From Paraspadella gotoi (lineage: Eukaryota; Animalia; Chaetognatha): a DNA stretch of 64,000 nucleotides. The DNA is taken from positions 24,735,605 through 24,799,604 of the forward strand of contig CM119265.1 of NCBI GenBank assembly GCA_051294375.1, read 5' to 3'. A program made the translations under genes and the position numbers. Of this stretch, positions 57,548-64,000 are shown piece after piece; position 1 is the stretch's first letter, and every line of letters begins with the position of its first letter. The notes beneath the pieces are model-generated. The model saw nothing but the letters and a program-made list of their open reading frames with translations, did no database searches and was not told the origin of the DNA.

Positions 57548-60500
57548 ATGAGCAAGAAAAGAATTATTATCGCAGGAGCGGTGGCGCTCGTCGTCGTCGT
57601 CACCGTCGTCATCATATTAGCGGTGACGCTGTCTGGAGGAAAGGGTAAAGTTTTGGAAAATAATTAAACATTTTTAGTTTATTAATTAATTCTTGAAAAC
57701 TAAATTATTATTAAAACCTAAGTATTGCTAAAATCAAAAAATAAGACTTATGAAAACCGTATCAGAAACTGCTACAATATGTAAATGAGATTGAAGAACT
57801 CAATCTCATTCGTAACGAACCACAAATTATTCTGCTACAAATATTTCTATTAAGACGCCGTCGACGACGCCGACGCCGACACCATCAAGTGTCCAATGAC
57901 GCCGTCAAATATCGACGCCGATTCATGCGTCGCCCGCGGCTGCGTATGGAACGCCACCTCCTCGGAATGCCTCGTCCGCGGCTTCGCCTTTGGCTACTCG
58001 ATCTCCGGAGAATCCACGCCGACGAACCTCGGATCGAAGACGACGTTGAACGCGACGAGATTGTTGAGCGACGCCGAGAATCCGTGGATGACGCCGACGG
58101 TGGAGATCGAGACTTGGACTCCGTGGATCCTTCGAGTCAAGATCTCCAATCCGGACGACAAAGCCTTCGAGGTTCACCCCGTCCTCTCTTCCTTCATGAA
58201 GCGGCCAGACGCGGCGCCGGTCGGCGCCGCTCGACTAGCGGCGTCGGTGGAAACGACCGAAGACGGCGCCGCGTTCGTCCGAGTCGCTCGCAAAGATTCC
58301 GGCGAAGAGATTTTTCGCACGGCGCCGGGAGCGCTCGTTCTCTCCCGGCATTTTCTCGCCGTCACCAACGAAGCGGAGTCGAGGAGCGGCGCCATTTACG
58401 GACTCGGCGAGCATTTTCACCCGACGTTGCGTCATCGTCCGAATTCGAGTTGGGGAATCTTCGCTAGAGACCACGGCGTTGGACCGGGCGCGAAGAATCT
58501 CTACGGATCGCATCCCTTTTACGTCGGACTGAACAAAACTAAGGGTTTGGTTTTTTTCTCGTTTATTTGTTTAAAATACAATTAATAAAATACTATTTCA
58601 CCTACTTCCAGACGGAGCCAAAGCCCACGGCGTCCTCCTTCTCAAACTCCAAGGCCATGGACGTCTCCATCAACGCCGACTACTCCATCACTTGGCAAAC
58701 CATCGGCGGCATCCTCGACTTCTTCATCATCGATGGCGGGAGCAGCGCGTTTTCCATCGACAGGGTCATCGATCAATACTATTCTCTCGTCGGTCGTCCC
58801 ATGATGCCTCCCTATTGGACTCTGGGCTTTCAACTCTGTCGCTATGGTTACAAGAATGACTCTCATATCAGAACCGTTTTCGATCGCGTCAAGGATCTCG
58901 ACATTCCGTTCGAGACTCAATACGCCGACATCGACTACATGGATTTAAGGTTTAGCTTCACTTATGATAAAGACAATTTCGCTGGTCTCCCGGAATTGAC
59001 GGAATACGTTCACGATCAGGTGATGAACTCCTTTGTAATATAAGAAGATCCGAATTAGATCCTTGCCATTCGTAAAATGAGGTCTAGGAGAAAAAATTAG
59101 TAAATAGATGGTGAAAAATGAAAAGAATTATTAAACGAGTATGAAGATGAAAGTATCAATCGTGAACCCTTTCGGACCTTATTTTCCTTAAACGCCGCGT
59201 TTCATCTTAAATTTCGGGGTTAATTTAATTTTTAGGTTAAAACATAAGATTAAAGGTTAGGGTTAAGGATTACGTTAGGAATTAAGTTCATAATTTAAGG
59301 AACAGAAAATGGGCGCTTTGAAAAAGGAGAGCCCTCTTTTGTTGTTCGGATTAATAAAAATTAATAACTAATACATTTAAAGTACGTTTATTCTTATCCT
59401 ACTTCTCATCCAAAAACAGGACAGAAAATTCATGGTGATCGTTGATCCCGCGATTCCTTATAGCGAAGCCAATAATTCGTACGAAGCGAAGAAACTCGGA
59501 TTAGATAAAGATCTTTTTATCAAAGACGCTAAAAGCGGGAAACCCTTGGAAGGCGAAGTCTGGCCTCCAGGGACTACAGTCTTTCCAGATTTTACCGACT
59601 TTGCAAAAGCCGTCGATTATTATTCTTCATTGAATATGGATTTTTACGAAAATCAGGTTGGATTGAAAACTTGTCATTGTAACTTGTAGTTTTTTAGTTA
59701 AGAAGAACCAAATACCTATAAATAACTAGAAACTAAGTCATTTTTCATTTATTTTGTACTTTATATGTATAATTAGTTTTATTGCTTTAAAAAAAAGTTT
59801 TTAATAGAAAAATTATAAAAGGATTCAAACATACAAATTTGAAAAAAAAAACAAACTTTGGTAAGCACAAAAATATAAAATATAAAAATATTCAACTTTG
59901 TGTTAATCTGTAACTGATTGTACCTTTTTGTATATACTGTTTCAACCAATTGTTGTAAGCGAATTAAACATATATGTAGCCACCTCGATCAAATTAATTT
60001 CTATATATATAAATTGTATTATCCAGGGCGTCAAATTCGATGGCCTCTGGATCGACATGAACGAACCGGCCAACTTCAGGGACGGTTCCGTCGAGGGCTG
60101 CGTCAAGAACGTTTACAACGAACCCAAGTGGATCCCTGACATTGTCCACAACAAATTCATTTACGAAAAGACCATTTGCATGGACGCGAAGCAGAAATGG
60201 GGACTGCACTACGACGTGCACAGTTTGTACGGGTACAGTCAATCCGTGGTTACGTACGAGGCGTACAAGAGGATGGACGTGTTCAAGGGTGAGTTACGGC
60301 GGTTGACTTACTTTAAAGCCGGACCAAAACAAATTTTAGATTTGAAGAAAGTTAAAAGAATTGTGAAGGAGACATACGTTGTCCAAAGTCAGGAGCAAGA
60401 TACCTTTTTTATTTAATGAATGGATAATTTCATATTAGTTGTACTAATTTCCTAATAATTTACCTTATGAAGTAACAATACTAACAATAGTATTAACATA

Positions 60501-60669
60501 GATTAATTCAACCAGGTAAACGACCCTTCGTCCTTTCACGCTCGACTTTTCCCGGCAGCGGACACTACGCCGCTCATTGGTTGGGCGACAACGCGAGCAA
60601 TTGGGAACAACTGAGACATTCCATCATCGCCATGATAGAGTTCGGGCTTTTGGGCATTCCGATGGTATG

Positions 60670-60728
<59 letters not shown>

Positions 60729-61165
60729 CTCTCTCTCCATCTCTCTCTCTCTCTCTCTCTCACGTCTCCCTCATTCGCGATGCCATTTTCAATTTTCTTT
60801 TCTTTCATTTTTCCTCCAAATTTCCTCATTTTTTCTTGCCCTCCTCAATTTTCTTTCCTTTCCTCCCTTTCCTCCCTTTCTCCCCTTTCCTCCCTTTCCT
60901 CTCTTTCCTCCATTTCCTCCCCTTCCTCCCTTTCCTCCCATTCCTCCCTTTCCTCCCTTCCTCCCCTTCCTCCCTTTCCTCCCCTTCCTCCCCTTCCTCT
61001 CTTTCCTCCCTTTCCTCCCCTTCCTCCCTTCCTCCCTTTCCTCCCATTCCTCCCCTTCCTCCCTTTCCTCCTTTTCCTCCCTTTCCTTCGTGCCGTTTCC
61101 CATTTTTCTTCTTCGTCGCCTCTCATTTCCTCCCCCAATTTTTTCGGCCGTCTCACGTGAAATGA

Positions 61166-61203
<38 letters not shown>

Positions 61204-63553
61204 AGGTTCCCGCTTTCATCGTCGTAAGCTGCGTCGTCGTCGTCGTCGTCGTCGTCAATCGCCAAATCCTTGTCTCTTCCATTTCCTTCATTTCCGGTCC
61301 GCTTTTCGAACGTCTTTTTTTTTCTCTTCCTCCTCTTCTTCCTCCTCTTCTTCCTCTTCCTCCTCCTCCTCCTTCTTCTTCCCATTTCTACTTATTCTGG
61401 TCGGAACATTATTTTTTTTGGCTTATCTTTCTTACTAATTGTTACTTTTTTTATTTTACACCTCTTGAATAGTAACTTTTCTTAAACTCCCACCTTATTA
61501 TTATTTTTTTGTTACTTTCTCCTCTCTTACTTTTCTCCTCTTCCTCCTCTCTTCCTCATTTTTATTGTATCATATTTTCTTCGTCTTCATCTTTTTCCTT
61601 CCATCTTCCCTACGAGTCTCCATTTCCGCTTTTCGATTACAGCGCAAATATTTGCGGATTGCGGTTGAGGCAAGAAAAAGGAAAAAGGAAAGAGAAAAAA
61701 AAGGAAAGAGAAAAAAAAGGAAAGGAGAGACGTGAAGGAGATAAAAGGAGCTCGAGAGATGAAACTAGAGATCGTGAAAGGCAAAAGTGAAGGTTCTTTC
61801 GGTGGTGATTGATGATTGGTGATTGGTGAGTGATCACAATTTGATAGTTTTTTGAAACAAAAACTTTTTAAAAAATGTAATTTTTTTCTTTAACTTATCA
61901 GATATAAAACAGTAAAAAAATACGTACCACTTTATTATTAAGGAAATCAAAATCTCTCTCAACGAGGGAATGAACTATAAAGATTATTGATTGAATAGTA
62001 AATAAATACACAAAATTATACTAAATTCATATCATTTCTCTCACATCCTCTATCATCTTTCCCTTCGCTCACCCTCACTTACCATTTTACTCCACCTCAC
62101 CTCAGAACGGTCCCGATATCTGCGGCTTCTTCGGCCAGCCCTCCGAAGAGCTCTGCACCCGCTGGTCGCAAGTCGGAGCCTTCTACCCTTTTTCCCGCAA
62201 CCACAACACGATCGGCGAGCCGGATCAAGACCCGGGCGCCTTCAGCGAAGATCACGCCCGCGTCGTCAAAGCCGCCATGGAGATTCGCTACTCGCTGCTT
62301 CCTTACCTTTACACGCAGTTTTACAGGGCGCGCGTCAGCGGCAGCGGCAGCGTCAGCACCAGCGGCGCGGTCGCCAGGGCTTTGTTGTGAGGGCGCTGGC
62401 AAGATTGGGGGGGGGGAAGGAGAATAGGTGTTGAACTAGGGTTACATTTATATGGAAAAACGAGTGAATTAGTGGTTTTTATGGCGAAATGTAATGAACA
62501 TGATTTGATAATTTTGAGAGAATCAAGTATCTAGTACTGACTAATTAAATAAATAACTAACAGACTGACGGACTGAGAAACTGAAAATAATATGATCGCG
62601 CTATAAAAGATGAGGTTAAAAAATGAAAATGAAGATGTCTACGGGAACGAGATAATTTAAAGAGAAAAATTGCGTCAGCGGGGAATCGAACCCCGATCAA
62701 CTGCTTGGAAGGCAACTATGCTAACCATTACACCACTGACGCTGGTATAATTAGGGGCTGTCAACGATTTCTATATTTTTTTTTTAAATTTTCCACACAC
62801 AAAATTTTGATTTATTTGTGTTGCTTCATCGTCAGTGTTGGCATGGTCAGTGACATGACATGGCATGACATTAGTCAGTGACGATTAGTCACTTGGTCAC
62901 TGGTCAGTGGTCAGCGATATTGTATTACTAGTCGTTACTTATTTAGAATTACATTCCAACATCGACTACGAAAGCTCTTAGAAAAATAAATTAAATCATT
63001 ATATACAAAAAATAAATTAGATTCAGTACTATTATCCCCATTTTGAATTCCAGCTACAACTATCCGGACGAGCAGGAAACTTGGGATATTCAGGAACAGT
63101 TCATTTGGGGCGAGGCCTTGCTAATCTCTCCCGCCCTATATGAGAAACAAACAAAAGTCACCGCTTACTTTCCGGGAGATCAACCATGGTAATCGGAATT
63201 ACTATTAATTCAATGGGTAAAATGACTTTACAATAGCATTTTTACTAGATTTGTTTACGTAACCTCCGGACGGGGATGGTAAATTTCGAGTATTATTTCG
63301 TGCTGATGAAGGCTAACATTAATTAAACATGTACGTTTTCTTTTGAAAATAAATAAATCTCGTGGTTTGCAAACAAAACAAAACATTTTTTTTCCCCTGT
63401 ATTAACTAATATCAAGACGTCAAATTTTTCACAGGTACGACTTGGAAACCGGAATCGCCGTGAAACTCGATTCTAACAAACGCGCGGAGTTGGATTCACC
63501 CATCGATAAAATTAACGTTCACATCGCCGGCGGATCGATAGTAGCGATGCAGG
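57548..63553 (+). CDS. GH31 alpha-glucosidase, copy 2 (tandem paralogue; last exon lies beyond the window)
   Basis: Exons 57548-57644 ([32 protein letters not shown]), 57855-58544, 58612-59019, 59420-59656, 60027-60288 ([11 protein letters not shown]), 60516-60664 (HWLGDN), 62106-62386 ([17 protein letters not shown]), 63054-63188, 63435-63553. Intron positions and phases match copy 1. One apparent 1-nt insertion at ~58645. Confidence 0.95.
60670..61090. repeat. (CT)n plus a 9-bp (TTTCCTCCC)n polypyrimidine array in intron 6 of GH31 copy 2
   Basis: Direct reading; source of the PFL/GRK ORFs. Confidence 0.9.
62671..62742 (-). tRNA. tRNA-Gly (anticodon TCC), intronic and antisense to GH31 copy 2
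   Basis: Reverse complement reads GCGTCAGTGGTGTAATGGTTAGCATAGTTGCCTTCCAAGCAGTTGATCGGGGTTCGATTCCCCGCTGACGCA (72 nt). Acceptor stem GCGTCAG/CTGACGC, anticodon loop CTTCCAA, T loop TTCGATT, discriminator A, followed by a TTTTT Pol III terminator. Confidence 0.96.
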
Positions 63554-63575
63554 GTACAAACGATTTATAATTTTA

Positions 63576-63945
63576 TTAGTTGCGCCGCGAGTACTCGCGG
63601 AGCAACTCTATAAGTCACTTTTCGGTCGGTAGGTCCGTCGGTATATCTGTCCGTCGGTTTGTCCTTCTTACATTAAAAATGTATAGAATTTAACTATAGT
63701 TGGTTGCTCATTTGTTAAGACAAAAAAAAACCACAAATCAAAGAGACTGCGAGCGCCGCCTTCAGGAAATCTTAAAATTATAAGGAATAAAAGACAAATT
63801 TGATGAATGCATGTCATAAATACATGGGCAAAGAAAGTGTTTTAGTAATGTCATGTCATATCATATCATATCATGTGATTAAAAGGAAATACACGTGAAT
63901 ATGAAGTAACTGCGGCGCAACACATTGGATGAACCGATCTTGTTT
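63576..63945 (+). mobile_element. HINE-like element, copy E, in intron 9 of GH31 copy 2
   Basis: TTAGTTGCGCCGCGAGTACTCGCGGAGCAACT hairpin head, CGGTCGGT/GTCC tract, conserved core, 3' GCGGCGCAAC subterminal inverted repeat, then a short hairpin (ATTGG..CCGAT) and CTTGTTT. Confidence 0.72.
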
Positions 63946-64000
63946 ATATAAAAAATCTACCAACCAATATGTTATTGATGATTAATTGATAATTTTTGGA

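Noticed and set aside
59245-59290. Interstitial telomeric repeat
   Set aside because: Only one perfect TTAGGG among degenerate neighbours.

Overview
Eukaryotic (animal-like) AT-rich genomic window from a draft assembly, with N gaps and stretches that look like unpolished long reads. It is dense in AG/AAAG/ATT microsatellites, and most ORFs in the supplied track are translations of these repeats. The firm gene content is a tandem pair of intron-containing glycoside hydrolase family 31 alpha-glucosidase genes on the + strand (50545-57302, and 57548 to beyond 63553). Each has an N-terminal type II membrane anchor, a reduced trefoil-like module and one catalytic unit with the WIDMNE and HWLGDN motifs. 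An antisense tRNA-Gly(TCC) lies in an intron of the second gene. A probable minus-strand gene of unknown function has a large low-complexity exon (~8262-5830) plus a phase-compatible exon (5284-5127). Repeats include five copies of a Helentron/DINE-1-like non-autonomous element (HINE) and a second short interspersed family. A GC-rich, highly structured, tRNA-headed element fills the last intron of the first GH31 gene. Much of 3-51 kb is duplicated (a ~6.5 kb tandem copy and an ~11 kb inverted repeat), most likely from assembly, haplotype or fold-back artefacts. No CRISPR, rRNA or prokaryotic system was found. The best novelty candidates are the structured intronic element, the operon-like spacing of the GH31 pair and the orphan minus-strand gene.
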